Program-made: the position numbers and the translations under genes
The notes under the pieces: model-generated
Database searches by the model: none
What the model saw: the letters and a program-made list of their open reading frames with translations, nothing else
Told to the model about the DNA's origin: nothing
From: Phaeosaccion multiseriatum
Lineage: Eukaryota > Protista > Ochrophyta, other classes
Assembly: GCA_965112735.1 (NCBI GenBank)
Contig: OZ218953.1
Coordinates: 5,208,001-5,272,000, forward strand
DNA length: 64,000 bases
Direction of reading: 5' to 3'
In this document: positions 40,877 to 55,114 of the stretch, in pieces
Numbering within the stretch: the stretch's first letter is position 1
Layout: the number at the start of each line of letters is the position of its first letter

Positions 40877-41340
40877 TTGCTGCTGCTGGAAGTGGTTGGC
40901 CATTGTACTCCCTTGTTCCATAAGCGGGTTGTGAAGCTGCAGTGAGGGCACGCCCAGAGCACTCAAGCCCAAGCCATGCTGCTGCTGCTGAGAAGAAGAG
41001 GAAGGAGGAGTAGTAGCAGTAGTAGTAGTAGAAGAAGAAGAGGAAGAAGAAGAACCCTCAAGAGGCAGTGAGCTCATGCCCACTCCGCCCAGACCGACGC
41101 CCCCCCCCCCCAGCCCGGTGCTACCGAAACTTGAGCGAAGCCCCGGTGCTATGCTGTGTTGGTGCTGCTGCAGAGTGCGGCTCGGAGGTGAGTTCGTGCC
41201 AAAGAGAGACGCAGATTGTGAAGGGGTAAAACCGCCGCCCATTCCAGTAACCCGCTCCATTTCTGACACGACCAGTGTGGTACTTTGGTGCTGCTGCTGC
41301 TGCTGCTGCTGCTGCTGCAGTTGTTGGTGTTGTTGTTGTT

Positions 41341-41372
<32 letters not shown>

Positions 41373-41647
41373 CGTTGCTGACGCTTCTCTTGTTCCTGCT
41401 GCTTCTCTTGTTCTTCAAGCTTCTGCTCGAGCCTCTCTTGGTTGTCTTTCTGCCGCTGGATCTGCTGCATGAGCTCCGCCAGCTGCTGCTGCTGTTGCAA
41501 GAAATGCGCATTCATGTGGTGATCGGAGGAGGGCTGGGACTGGGCCTCTAGCTGAGCAACCTGGTCCTGCTTCTTCTGTTGCAATTGCTGCAGCTGCTGC
41601 TGTTGCTGCACTAGCTGCTGCTGCTGTTGCTGCAGTAGCTGCTGTTG

Positions 41648-41686
<39 letters not shown>

Positions 41687-44600
41687 GTGCTGCTGTCCTT
41701 GCCAGGCAGGGGTGGTCTGTGGGCTCCTCCCTTCACGCTGCTGCTGCTGCTGCTGCTGGGGCGGCGGCGGCGGCGGTTGAGCAGTCGCCGCCTTCGCCCA
41801 CGAACTCACTGGCTGTTGCTGCTGCTGTTGCTGCTGCTGCAGCTGATCCTTCGACGTCGCCGATGCACGGCCTGTAACAGTTTGCGCTGTTGGGATTTGG
41901 AGAGGTGACGGCTGCTGCTGCTGTGCCTTCGCCTTTGATGCTGCCACCGCCGCTGCGTGCGCCTCCAGGCCTGGAGGGGGCTTTCGAGCACCCGCCCAAC
42001 CCATTGGAAGAACAGGAGGGGGAGGAGGAGGAGGAGGAGGGGGGGGGGGGGGTGGAGGGGGAGGGGGAGGACCGGAAGCGGTTGAGGCAGCAGCCCCAGC
42101 CCCACCTCCTGCTGCTGTCCTTCCTCTCCCCCCTGCAGTTACAGGACCCGACATCGCTGCTGCTGATGGTGGTTGGCCCTCTCTCCTGGCAGCCACCTTG
42201 GCTGAGACTCCAGAGACTGCGTGTGGCCCCTTCTTCGACTCCGCCCGTGCCCGGGCAGCAGCTCCTCCTGCGGCTCCAGCTCCAGCAGACTCCAGAGGTA
42301 TTCCAAGGTAACGGTAAATAATTTTGTGAAGAGCAATGTTGGGAATGAGGGTGACAACGGCAGGTTGCTGACTGTTCGCTCGCTTCTGTGCAGGCAGGGG
42401 GAGGCCGGTGACGGGGCTCTCGCGCTTGGTCTTGAGCCAGTCCATGATGCTCCCTCTCTCGAAGGTGTGACCATCCGCAGTCAACACCGGGTCCATCATA
42501 ACGCTCTTGCTCAGGGGGCAGAGGAACTCTGGGGGCATTTTGGCCTCCCACTCCGCCTGCCGCTGCTGCATCTCCCGCATCTGCCTCAGCTGCCGAGCAT
42601 GCCTCTCCTCCTCCTGCGCGTTCTCGTACTCTCGCTCGCTCGCCCTCTGCTTCTCTCGATCGGTATCTCTCTCAGCGTTATTCGCCTCAAATATCTCACG
42701 CTGCTGCTGTCGACGCCTCAAGGCCTTATCAGACGGAGTACCGTCTGAGGAAGAAGGAGCCTCTGACCCCCCCCCCCCTCCTCCTCCTGTGGCTCCCGTC
42801 CTGCTGCTCATCGACGAGGACGAGGACGAGGACGACAACCTGCCACGCTGCGCCCCTCCTTTCTGCCCCCCTCCCCCCGCCATGCCTCTTCCTGAGCCCA
42901 CCACGAGGGCCTTCAGCTCCTCTGTCAATGTGTCCTCGTCATCATCGCTACTGCTGTCGGAGGATTCGGCAGCCCTCGCCGCAGCAAGCCGTTCCTCCTC
43001 CTTCTTCTCCTGCTTCTTCCTCCTCTTCTCTCCAGCTCTCCGACTCTCCTCTTCCACCTGTGCTGCTGCTGCTGCCGCCGCTTTGACTGCCGCGCGCTTC
43101 TCCTCTGCCTTGAGCTCCTGAGCCCTTCTAGCGTCGTCCAGGGCCCGTTTCTGATCATCCACCTCCTTTTGCTCCTTGAGAGACTGCTCCTTGGACGCCT
43201 TCCTCAGTGCGAGTTTGGCGTCTCTGGCCTCCTGCAAGGCCTTTTCCTGAGGAGTTCCAAGTGAACATAGAGAGAGAAATTAGAGGATTCCAGTATGAGG
43301 CCGATGAGGAAAAAACGAAAGGAGCAAACAGAGGGTGGGAAGGAAAGGACGCCCGGAAACTTCCTTCTCCCCTCCTCCTGATCGGCAGAGAAAATCAACA
43401 CAACAAAGCACAACACGCAACCAACCAACCAACCACCCAAGCAAAAGCACCCAACCACCGTGACCGGGTGCCAACCAGCTCACCTCCGACTCCTTCTTGG
43501 CGCGGAGCTTGGCCTTCTGAGCTGCTCTCTTCTTTGCGGCCTTGCTGGGGCCGCTCTTGACTGCATCCTTGTCGGCCTGCGACTGCTCCTCACATTCAAG
43601 CTCGTGCAGAAGGTCCTCCGCCGCCTGACGGGCAGTCACCTCGGCCAGCACTGCTCGCCGCGTAGTGTGGTGTGGGTTCGTGTGCGTAGGTGTGTGTGGG
43701 TGTGTGCATGTGGGTGATGAGTGAGTGAAGTGGGTATAATGGAGGGATGAAGAGGGAGTGGGGCACGACAAGGCAGAAGCAGCGGCACTCACCTACTCAC
43801 TCACTCACTCACACACACACACACAACACACACACACACACTCGGTACTCACATGGAACGTCTCTGATGAATTCCGACTTGGCCCTGGCCAAATCCAGCA
43901 AGGCCTCGCCATCCCCGTCGACAGTGTCTAGAGTCGCCCCTGCCTCCGTCAACACAATCGCGCTGAAGGCCTGCTCCGCCACTATGGCCGCATGGAGGGG
44001 CGTCAGGCCCTTGCCATCGCGTGCGTCCATATCGGCGCCTGCATCCATCAGCACCGTGCACACAGGCGCATGCCCTGCTGCTGCAGCAATGTGCAGAGGC
44101 GTCACACCCACGTCCTCTGTGTGTGCCCCCACGTCTGCCCCGGCTGCGAGTAACACTTTAGCCACCTCCGCCTGCCCGTAGCGGGCCGCAACGTGGAGGG
44201 TTGTGCCAGACTGCATTCCCGGACTTGTGCCGCGAGCCTTGCACATAGGGTCATCAATCTGATTTGGTCCATCTACCTTTGAGCCTGCTGTGATGAGGGC
44301 CTGCACCACCTCCGATTGGCCCTCCCTCACAGCCCAGGAGAGGGCACTCCAACCATCCTCGTCCCCTGCTTCCAGCGACGCCCCAGCCTGCAGACAAGAG
44401 ACCAAAGGTCAGCACGTGAGTGTATGTGGTGGGGAAGAGAGAGTTCCATTGTAAAGGGCCGGGGGGGGGGGAGGCGAACAGGAATGAGAGTAAAGGGGGG
44501 CTGGGGGCTGGGGAATAATCTGAAATACTGTATGAGCCTGCACCCTGGCAGCTGACACGTGTCTGACACGTGTGGCTCACCTGAATCATCGCAACAGCTC

Positions 44601-45773
44601 CGTCCACCTGTCCTGCAAGGGCCGCCCAGTGCAGAGGTGTTGCCCCCTTGTTATCCACCACGTCCACCTTAGCCCTGGCCTTGACCAGCGTCTCAATCAC
44701 CTCGCCAAAGCCCCCCTGTGCGGCGTGGTGCAGAGCTGAGCCGCCGCTGTCGTCCCGCATGTTAATGTCACACTTGCAGCTACACAGAGTCTGCACGGCC
44801 AGCAAGTGTCCGTTGGCAGCGGCCAGGTGCAGTGCCGTCATGCCGTCCGACTTGTGCGAGTCAACATGCAGGCCTGCCTTGAGCAGGATGCGAATCACCT
44901 CTGAGCTGCCGCCTGTCGCCGCCCAGTGGAGGTTGTTACGTCCGTCTATAGTTTTGCTGTTCAGCTGGTATTTTGAGCGGCGACGTGGGGAGGGGGGTGC
45001 CAAAACGGGGTGAGAGGGCGGCAGCAGTAGAACAGGGTAGAAGCGCAGGAAGAGATTGGTGCCTTGGGTGGGCGTGTAAAAATACATGAGCTTACCTTCG
45101 CTCCGCCCTCTAACAGAGTCAGGCATGTCTTTCCAAAGCCCCCTGTGGCTGCAAGGTTGAGCGGCGTGCACTCTTCCCTCCCTACGGCGTCTACGATGGC
45201 GCCAGCCTCTAGCAGAGTCTTGCAAGCAGGCCCGTTGCCTCGACTGGCCGCGTGGTGCAGACAAGACTGCCTGTGATTGTCTCTACACTCAACATCGGCA
45301 CCCCTGTTCAAAAGCAACTTGATTACGTCCACGTTTCCCCCCTGCGCAGCCTTATGCAGTGGTGTCAACCCGTCGATATTGACGGAGGAGACATTCGCCC
45401 CCCCATCCACCAACACCTTGGCCGCATTCAGCTTCCCACGAGAGGAAGCGCGATGAAGAGGCGTAGACTGGTCCCAAGACCTCGCCTCGAGCTGGGCCCC
45501 TGCCTCAATCAACACCTTCATGATCTCATCATGGCCCTCGGCGGCGGCAGTGTGAAGCGGAGTGAACCGCATGGCGTCTCGCTCATTGACATTCACGCCG
45601 TTCTTGCCATTGTTCTTGCCGTCTCCTCCTGCGCCTCCTGCAGTCCCTTTGCCCCCCGAGTGTGTGAGCAATCGGCTCTCCAAACTACGCAGAAGCCCGC
45701 CCTTAACCCCCTTGCTACTATAGGACTGGCTCTCCCTCCCCGCCCCCGCTCCACCACCCTCCGGCGTCGTCAT
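40130..45773 (-). CDS. Ankyrin-repeat + coiled-coil + U-box protein (putative E3 ligase) with polyQ tail
   Basis: More than 10 ankyrin repeats (TPLHTAAAEGH, TPLHKAAQGGN, TALHLAAANGH, TPLHIAAAAGH) and a U-box (PPEFLCPLSKSVMMDPVLTADGHTFERGSIMDWL...SPVTG...LIPNIALHKII). Exons about 45773-45096, 44965-44580, 44387-43853, 43650-43484, 43246-40130. The start codon is uncertain. Confidence 0.85.
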
Positions 45774-46169
45774 TTGAAAATCCGCGCTCGCCACCGCGTC
45801 CAGAGGCCCACAAGCGTCTTCGTCTACCTCCCCCTGGCCTAGAGGAGAGGGAAGAAGAAACGGCGAAGCCCTGCAGCGCAATTCACAGAGAAAGCCGTGT
45901 AAGGTCAATGTCTCCCCCTCCTTGGAAGCGGACTTCAAAAACACATCAGGGGGACACCACCTGGTCCTGCAACAAGCACGTCTTGTCCAGCGGTCTCCTC
46001 TTTCCTCTCGTACCTCCTGGCTGCGTTCACTTTCCTTTTCGCCCTTTCCACCCCCTACTATAGAGGGAAAGGGGGGGGTTGGGGGAAGGTTTGGGACCGA
46101 TTACCCCCCGGGGGGGGGGAGTACCCTGGGGGGGACGGCTTTCCATAATAAAAAAATCGAGGTCTAAAG

Positions 46170-46288
46170 ATCGGCCCCAGACTGGCCTAGAAGCCTATAA
46201 AGTCTCCCCCCTAGGCCTAGAACCGCCGGCCTAGGGAGAAAAAATGGCCGGCCTAGAGCATAGGCTTCTAGGCCAGTCTGGGGCCGAT
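46170..46288. mobile_element. MITE-like element with perfect 29-bp terminal inverted repeats
   Basis: ATCGGCCCCAGACTGGCCTAGAAGCCTAT (46170-46198) is the exact reverse complement of 46260-46288. Internal GGCCTAG motifs are repeated and there is no coding capacity. Confidence 0.55.
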
Positions 46289-46334
46289 AAAAACTCTGTC
46301 TACAACTGTAAAAGCTTCCACAATCAACAATCAA

Positions 46335-46967
46335 TTATGAGTTATTTCGTCCACCGGCACCCTCATCCCCGTCACAAGAGGGTGTCGCAGCAGTGAGCCA
46401 CTTGTCCTCGCCGGCAGCATCCACCCTCGCCTCCTCCCCCCCCCTCACACCAGCCCCCGCCCCCGGCCCCCGCTGGCTCAACATCCACTGAGAGGCCTTG
46501 AGCTTGCCCAGGCGACTCTCAATGTCGTCGTTGTCGTCGTCGTCAGGTATGAAGCATTCCTCTGCGGTGGCGTCCGCGTCTTCGTACCACTGACTCCCAC
46601 CACAGTGTTGCGTTTGGCGCTCCCAATCCTTGATCCATGAGGACAAGGGCGGGTCGGGCAACAGAAGGTCGTCAAGGTACACACAACGCGTGCCCGTCTG
46701 GCTCCGCTGTCCACACGGCTCGCTGTTGGCGTCCAATCTGTACATGAAGGGCCGTCCCGTGGGTATCTGTCGGATGGATGGACGGATGGATGAATTGCGT
46801 TGGAATCGCATTGCATCGGGGTCGCAGGGAAGGAGAAGAGCCAAGCCAAACTCTTTCACATTCTCAAGGGGCGAACTACACACACATGCCGCAGCAAAAA
46901 GGGGAGGACAAGACAAGAGGGGGTGGGTGGGGTACATGTCCATGTCCCACAAATACATACAGACAGG

Positions 46968-47049
<82 letters not shown>

Positions 47050-48412
47050 TACGTACATATATAATACATACATACCTTGACGTCTTTGATGCTCTCCCCG
47101 TCCACGCCGTCCAGCTCTCGGATCAAGGCCCGAAGCGTGTTGGCGTGCCCCACCACCAGCACGTTCTTGCCCGCTCGGACGTCCGGCAGTATCTCGTCCT
47201 CCCAGTAGCTCAGCACCCGCTTGGCCGTGTCGTCCAGACTCTCGCTGTCGGGAATGTCCACGTGCCTATACCGAGGGTCTCTGTGCAGCAGTCTGTAGTG
47301 CGGGTGCCCCTCCCCCATTGGTGGTGGTCTCGAGCAGGCCCCTCGCCGAATCTCCGAAATCTGTGGGCCCATTTCAGTCAGTGCCCGTGCCTGCCGTGTT
47401 GTGTAGGGAGAGAGATGAGCGCAAGGGATACATACATACATACATACATACATACATACATACATACATACATACATACATACATACATACATGTGTTTT
47501 GTAGAAGGGGAAAAGTCAGTGAGTAGGAAAGGTCGAAAGCAAAGCAGCACAGCAGCACAGCAGCACATCAGCCTGCCCACGCAAAGAATTCACACGCAAG
47601 CCTGCACCCTCCTCCAAAGCTCTCTTTGCTGTTGCTGTCTCTATTCAGTGTAGGGACGCACACACCTTATTCATGCCCTGCAAGCTCCCATAGTGCCGCT
47701 CGTTCAGCTTCCACGACGTCTTAATGGGGACGTAGGGTTGGCCACAGCCCTCTAGCACGCGGTGCAGCGACGTCCCCGCCCTCGACAGCACGCTCGTGTG
47801 GGCCACATCAATGCCAAACCCACTCATGGCCAGCAACTTGCCCGCCTCCAGAGCCTCCCGCTCCCCTGCCTCCGTCAGCGGGACGTCTGCCCACCCCGTA
47901 AACATATTCTTGCTGTTGAAAGTACTGAGCCCGTGGCGTAGAAACACCACCTGGCTCACTGCGGTCTTTGTTCGGCTCCCAGGCCTCGCCCTCTTGCCCA
48001 CCTTGCTACCACTGCTGCTGCTGGTGGTACTGCTCTTGTGCCGCACCTGTCTTTGCTGATGGCGCCCTTCTGCTGGGGGCGGGGTGAAGGGTTTGGTCGC
48101 CGTCGGTGGTCGCACCAAGGTGGAAACCGACATGCGCTGCTCTGTACGCGTTCCTCGACACGGGCAAGATGACTGCGCCTGAGGCCCGAAGGCTCTTCCG
48201 CGGCTCCTGCTGCTGCCACTGCCACTGCCACTACTACTTAACGCTGCTGCTGCGCCCCTCACACTACTACGCCCTCCTCTCGGGAGACGCAGGGAAGTGG
48301 CGAAGGCCCAAACGGGCGTGACATGTAGCATTAGGACTGCGTACAGCAGCGCTACCACCGTCAGGGCGCGCGACGCAGGCGAAGCAACAGCAGAGTGGAC
48401 TGCAGAACACAT
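46335..48412 (-). CDS. gpmA: 2,3-BPG-dependent phosphoglycerate mutase (dPGM), plastid-type presequence
   Basis: VFLRHGLSTFNSKNMFTGWADVPLT, WKLNERHYGSLQGMNK, ESLDDTAKRVLSYW, VGHANTLRAL, IPTGRPFMY. Three exons (about 48412-47666, 47390-47075, 46766-46335). Signal peptide ends VWA-F. Confidence 0.9.
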
Positions 48413-48989
48413 CAGGCGTCACGCTGCTGCTGCTACTGCTGCTGCTTCCCCTTCTGCCTTGTACTTCTCTTTTTCTCTCCCACTCTCTCTCTCTCTTGCA
48501 GAACCTTCTCTCCCTCCCCAACAGGGCTCCTGCTACTCCTACTGCTGCTGCTGCTGGTTGTGCCTTGTCTTAATACTTCGGTGAAGACGTCGTTGATCTG
48601 TAGAGTCTTGTGGTGAACCGCTATCGTGCCTTCGCTGCTCGCTTAATTTAACCACCACATGGTCCCGGACCCGTGGCCAAAGCCACAAAACCGCATACAT
48701 CATCATCGAAGGCCATTTGTGACCGAAGGCCTCCGGATGCCTCTCGAGTTTGAACACCCTTCCCCTAACACCCAGCAAGAGCAGCAGCAGCTTTGCGCCA
48801 CCGGAGCAGCTAGCAGCAGCAGCAGTAACAGCAGCAGAAAAGGACCAGAAGGTTCAGGAGCACTGCATCTTCTCCATATTCACCCGCTGTTCCTCCTCCA
48901 TCCCACTCCTCTCTTTTCACTTGGACCCAACTGCCACCTCGGCTTGTCTCTCCTCACTACAGCGCAAGCGTAGCAGCGCGGGAAAGGCC

Positions 48990-50216
48990 ATGGCTGGCGG
49001 TGGGTCCATCACCGCGGTAGGAGGTACGCCAGGGAAGGTTAAGACAGCCCGCTGGGAGGTGACCAGAATCGAAGGAGGCGAAGAGGACGAGAAGGACGAG
49101 GAGAGGACTTACGAGGAGCTGGAGGGGACATCTGTGGTGACACCGGTACCGCCAAGGGCCGGAAAGAAACAGGGGAGACCCGCCAAGTCAACAAAGTCAA
49201 AAGCTGCTGCAGGCGCGCGAGCGGCAACAGGAGAGGCAGGGAAAGGCACGAAACCTGCATCAGCAAAGAGGGGGGAGGAGAAGCGTAGGGATGGAACACA
49301 AGCTGAAGGGGTGGCGGCACCACCGCCAGGAGCAGCAGGACCAGTAAAGTCGACAGGAAAGAAGCGAGGAAGGAAGCCAAACGCAGCAACAGCGCTGGCA
49401 GCCGCTGATGAAGCCGGCCCCGAGACTAACACTAGAAAGAAGAGGGCCGCCCATGCGCACCAGCCGCTACCTTCGTTTCCAGAGAGTACATTCACGCCCA
49501 GTAAGCTCGTGACCAGCCTGGCTGGGCTGGTGCGAGAGGTGGGTATACACCAGCTCAAGACTCTGGAGCATGCATATGGAGGAGACACAAGCTGCCGGAA
49601 GAGCATCGAGACTATGAGGAAGATAGCCAAGGAGCTGGAAGCCTTTACCAGCCAAATGGACCAAGAAAAGGACACGTACGGTGCTCCCGTGGTACTGGAC
49701 CTTGAGGACGCTCGTGCCGAGCTTGACATTGTCAAGGGGTACCTTGACACGTTCGAGCAGGAGGAGAAGCAGTGGAAGAGGCAGCAGACGTTGCTGGAGG
49801 AGCGGATACGGAAGAGCCAGAGCACCCGCGAGGAGAGTCGACAGCAGCAGCAACAGCAGCAGCAAGACCTAGACAATAGACAAGGGGGGGTAGCGTCAAT
49901 TGCCGGGGCACAGGCGCTACAAGAAAGAGCAGTGGCGGGGGGGAAGGGGATGGGCAGCAGCAGCATAGAGACAAATTCGTCGTCATCGGACGCAGCCGTG
50001 GATAAGGTGGGTGCCGTCGTTGGGAGTCTCACCAAGCACACCAAAGACATTCGCCAGCGACTGGGAAAGTGCGAGAAGATCTTGGCCGCGGCCAACGAGA
50101 GCAAGGGCGCGCTCCACGACGCCTTTCAGAATTGGAAGTTTAGAGAGTATCCGAATGTCAAGAACCCCAGGAACGCCATCCGGGACATTGCGAGGGCAGG
50201 CAGCAGCAGGGCGTAG
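48990..50216 (+). CDS. Hypothetical protein: basic disordered N-terminus plus helical/coiled-coil C-terminal half (possible Dsn1/Mis13-like kinetochore protein)
   Basis: Uninterrupted 408-codon ORF with non-repetitive amphipathic helical sequence. The family assignment is inference only. Confidence 0.7.
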   Translation: MAGGGSITAVGGTPGKVKTARWEVTRIEGGEEDEKDEERTYEELEGTSVVTPVPPRAGKKQGRPAKSTKSKAAAGARAATGEAGKGTKPASAKRGEEKRRDGTQAEGVAAPPPGAAGPVKSTGKKRGRKPNAATALAAADEAGPETNTRKKRAAHAHQPLPSFPESTFTPSKLVTSLAGLVREVGIHQLKTLEHAYGGDTSCRKSIETMRKIAKELEAFTSQMDQEKDTYGAPVVLDLEDARAELDIVKGYLDTFEQEEKQWKRQQTLLEERIRKSQSTREESRQQQQQQQQDLDNRQGGVASIAGAQALQERAVAGGKGMGSSSIETNSSSSDAAVDKVGAVVGSLTKHTKDIRQRLGKCEKILAAANESKGALHDAFQNWKFREYPNVKNPRNAIRDIARAGSSRA

Positions 50217-50700
50217 AGTAAGTAGGGCGTCTGTGAGTGTGGTGTGTGTGTGTGTGTGTGCCCGTGCGCGTTGGGCCGACCAGCGCGGTCGGAACTGTGC
50301 TTCTATGGGTGGTCGGTCTGCCCTTACTTATGCTGGTGCTGTCGATGGGTACACGCTCTTAGAGGTACCATAGAGGATGTCTTTGTCTGTCGCTTGCTTG
50401 CAGTCAGCGGACAGCAGCAAAAAAAAAAAAAATGTACCATTTTTCTTCACCAGAAAGGACCTCTTGGGTTACAGGAAGGGCTTCCTTGAGCCCAATCCCG
50501 ACTGAGCCCCACGACAGGTGTCCAGAAAGTGTCGATGTCGATGAGGAGGGGGGAATTATACGAGGCAAGGGTACGGATGATGAGGAAAGAAGAGAGAGAG
50601 AGATGCCCAAAAAACTGGAACTCATTTCCACATTTTGTCCTCAATCCTCCCCTGCCTCCCCTCCCCCTGCCGCCTTTCTTCTTCGTGTCATTCTCTCCCA

Positions 50701-50929
50701 ATGAGACCCGCCTTGCCTTTGCTGCTAGTGGGGGGCCTGCTCTCGGCAAAGCCGGCCGTATCTTTCCTCGCTCCCTCTGCAGCCGTTCGCAATCCTTTGG
50801 GGCGCAGAGATGGATGTGCGAGCTGTGGCACCAACCGGATGATGAAGACGCAGTGTGCTATGGGGAAGGGCTTTGGAGAGGCGCCGCCGCCGTCCTCGAA
50901 GAATTCGAAGGGTAAGAAGCAGAAGCAGC

Positions 50930-50960
<31 letters not shown>

Positions 50961-51994
50961 GCAGGAGCAGCAGCCGAAGACGGTATTTCCCATACCACCG
51001 GGTCTCACCTTGGAGGAAGCCGAAGAGGCTTACCAGGCCGCAGTCAGGGACGGGAAAGCATCAGCTCGTGCACGAGAAACCACAGTAACACCGTCGCAAG
51101 GTTTCAGCAGTAACGAGGGCCGGGATATTGCCATGAAGGCTCTCCTGGAGCTCCAGAAGGAAGAGTCCAAGCCCGCATTGACGCCGGCCCAGCGCAAGTT
51201 CCAGGCTGTGGGAGACATGGACGAGGCTCGCGAGGCCAGGAGAGCGATAGAGGAGAACCCTGATGCCGCTGTCATCCCGCAGAAGGTGGCCGACCGAATG
51301 ATCAAGCGCATCATCCCCTTCTTTCTCGTGCCCGTGTTTGGCGGCATCGGACTCTTCATCTTTTACTTTGTCGTGGCGAAGCAGTACGACTGGACCTTTC
51401 AGCCGTGGATTGTGGCGTTTTCCACGCAGGCACCCTTCGCCATTGGCTTGATTGGCATCACCTACGGAATCTTTAGCACGTCGTGGGACGACGATCGAGA
51501 AGGAAGCTTCATTGGATTCGAGGAAGTAAGTCGTGGAGATGTTGCATGTCAAGTCCCACCCCCCCGTTCGCTCGGCCTTGTACTGCTACCCTCTCAGCCC
51601 CGTACCCGTATCTCCTTGTATGGCCCTTCTCGTTAGTTCTCGTGTGAACTTCCATGTCACCACAGAAGCGGCGTCAGGTCCCACCCGCTCCCCCTTCGCT
51701 CCGCCTGTTACTACTACCCTCTTATCCCCCCGTACCCCATCTCTCTTTGTGTGGCCCTCCTCGCTCATCTCCACTCGCACTCTCTCATCACAGCTCAAGC
51801 GCAATTGGAACAACCTCGGTGCGGGTCTGAAGCGGACGGGAAACCAGCAGCTGTTAACCGAGCTGGAGGAGCAAGAAGCAAAGGACAGGGCCAAGGTGCA
51901 GGCTATGAATAGGAACGACAGGAGGGCGGTCAACAAGAGGATGGACAAGGACCCCTTAAACTTGGGGCCAGGCTTCGACAAGTATGAGAAATAG
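50701..51994 (+). CDS. PAM68: PAM68 (DUF3464) photosystem II assembly factor, plastid-targeted
   Basis: AVIPQKVADRMIKRI...two TM helices...GITYGIFSTSWDDDREGSFIGFEE|LKRNW. Intron 51526-51793. Presequence MRPALPLLLVGGLLSAKPAVS-F and a KGFG motif. Confidence 0.9.
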
Positions 51995-52418
51995 AGGAAG
52001 GGTGGGAAACGTTAGACAAGTAAGGGGAGAGGGGGGGGGGGTAGATAGATTGAGAGAGATGGATAGATACTGGTCTCGACTTTTGTTGGCACACGGCTGC
52101 TGTAACCCACGGGCATGCATGTGCAAGTGCTTCCGCGGACCGAAAGAGGATTATTTTTACGTTCATGCTGTATTCGTTGCTTTCTAATTATACCATATAG
52201 AATTACCGTACCCATAGACGCTTTGTTCGCTTCTATAACTTTCATGCTGTCTTTGCTTTTTTTTAATTTATAAAAGAAAAATCATGTATCGTACAAGAAT
52301 GGAGTTCATACTCGTGCGCCACACCTCTCTCCTTGAATGGCCCCGCCACTTGTGCTTGCGAGGCCGAGTTGGGCCCGAACCAACGCCCACAGGCATCGAT
52401 CTACCTATCTGCCCATCA

Positions 52419-52997
<579 letters not shown>

Positions 52998-53127
52998 GTG
53001 CGTCTTTTATGTTAGTATCTTGAACGAGCGACGAATCTTCCATTTACTTTCAAAGTGTGTTAAGAACACCGAGAGAAGCGAAGCGCAGCGATGTGGGCCC
53101 AGAGGGAGAGAGCGAGAGAGAGAGAGA

Positions 53128-53311
53128 GATCCACGTGTGAGGGTGCGTTTTGATACACGTTTGGAGCATGCCAAGGCATCACCCGCTCTCGTCATCGCAT
53201 TGCTGTACTATTCGTTGGATTCACGTGTGAGGGTGCGTTTTGATACACGTTTGGAGCATGCCAAGGCATCAACCGCTCTCGTCATCGCATTGCTGTACTA
53301 TTCGTTGGATT
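53128..53311. repeat. 90-bp tandem duplication (2 near-identical copies)
   Basis: CACGTGTGAGGGTGCGTTTTGATACACG...TTCGTTGGAT begins at 53132 and again at 53222. Confidence 0.93.
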
Positions 53312-53366
53312 GAAGATGTATTTATTTTTTACAAACAGCGCTTCCAAAGAGTCCGTGTGTGGCAAA

Positions 53367-53447
53367 GGAGATGACCACCCACAGAGACTGACTGGAGATG
53401 ACCGCCCACAGAGACTGACTGGAGATGACCACCCACAGAGACTGACT
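53367..53447. repeat. 27-bp tandem repeat x3 (GGAGATGACCACCCACAGAGACTGACT)
   Basis: Copies start at 53367, 53394 and 53421, downstream of the Rac stop codon. Confidence 0.92.
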
Positions 53448-53658
53448 CGTGTATAAGACGTATGTCTAGGCCAAATGCGCCTTCGTTCAGGGGCAGCTGG
53501 GCCTTGCTCAGTGCATCAAGCCCCATGTCCGGACGTGTGTGTGTGTGTAAATGAGTTTGTCTGCTGTCTCCCGAATCGAGAGAGAGAGTATGTATCCAGA
53601 GAAAGAGGCGAAGCGACCTACATGAAGAAGGCGGGGGGGGAAGGGGCGACAGAAGACT

Positions 53659-55114
<1,456 letters not shown>

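Noticed and set aside
53367-53447. 27-bp repeat x3 as a mini-CRISPR
   Set aside because: No spacers; it is a simple tandem repeat.
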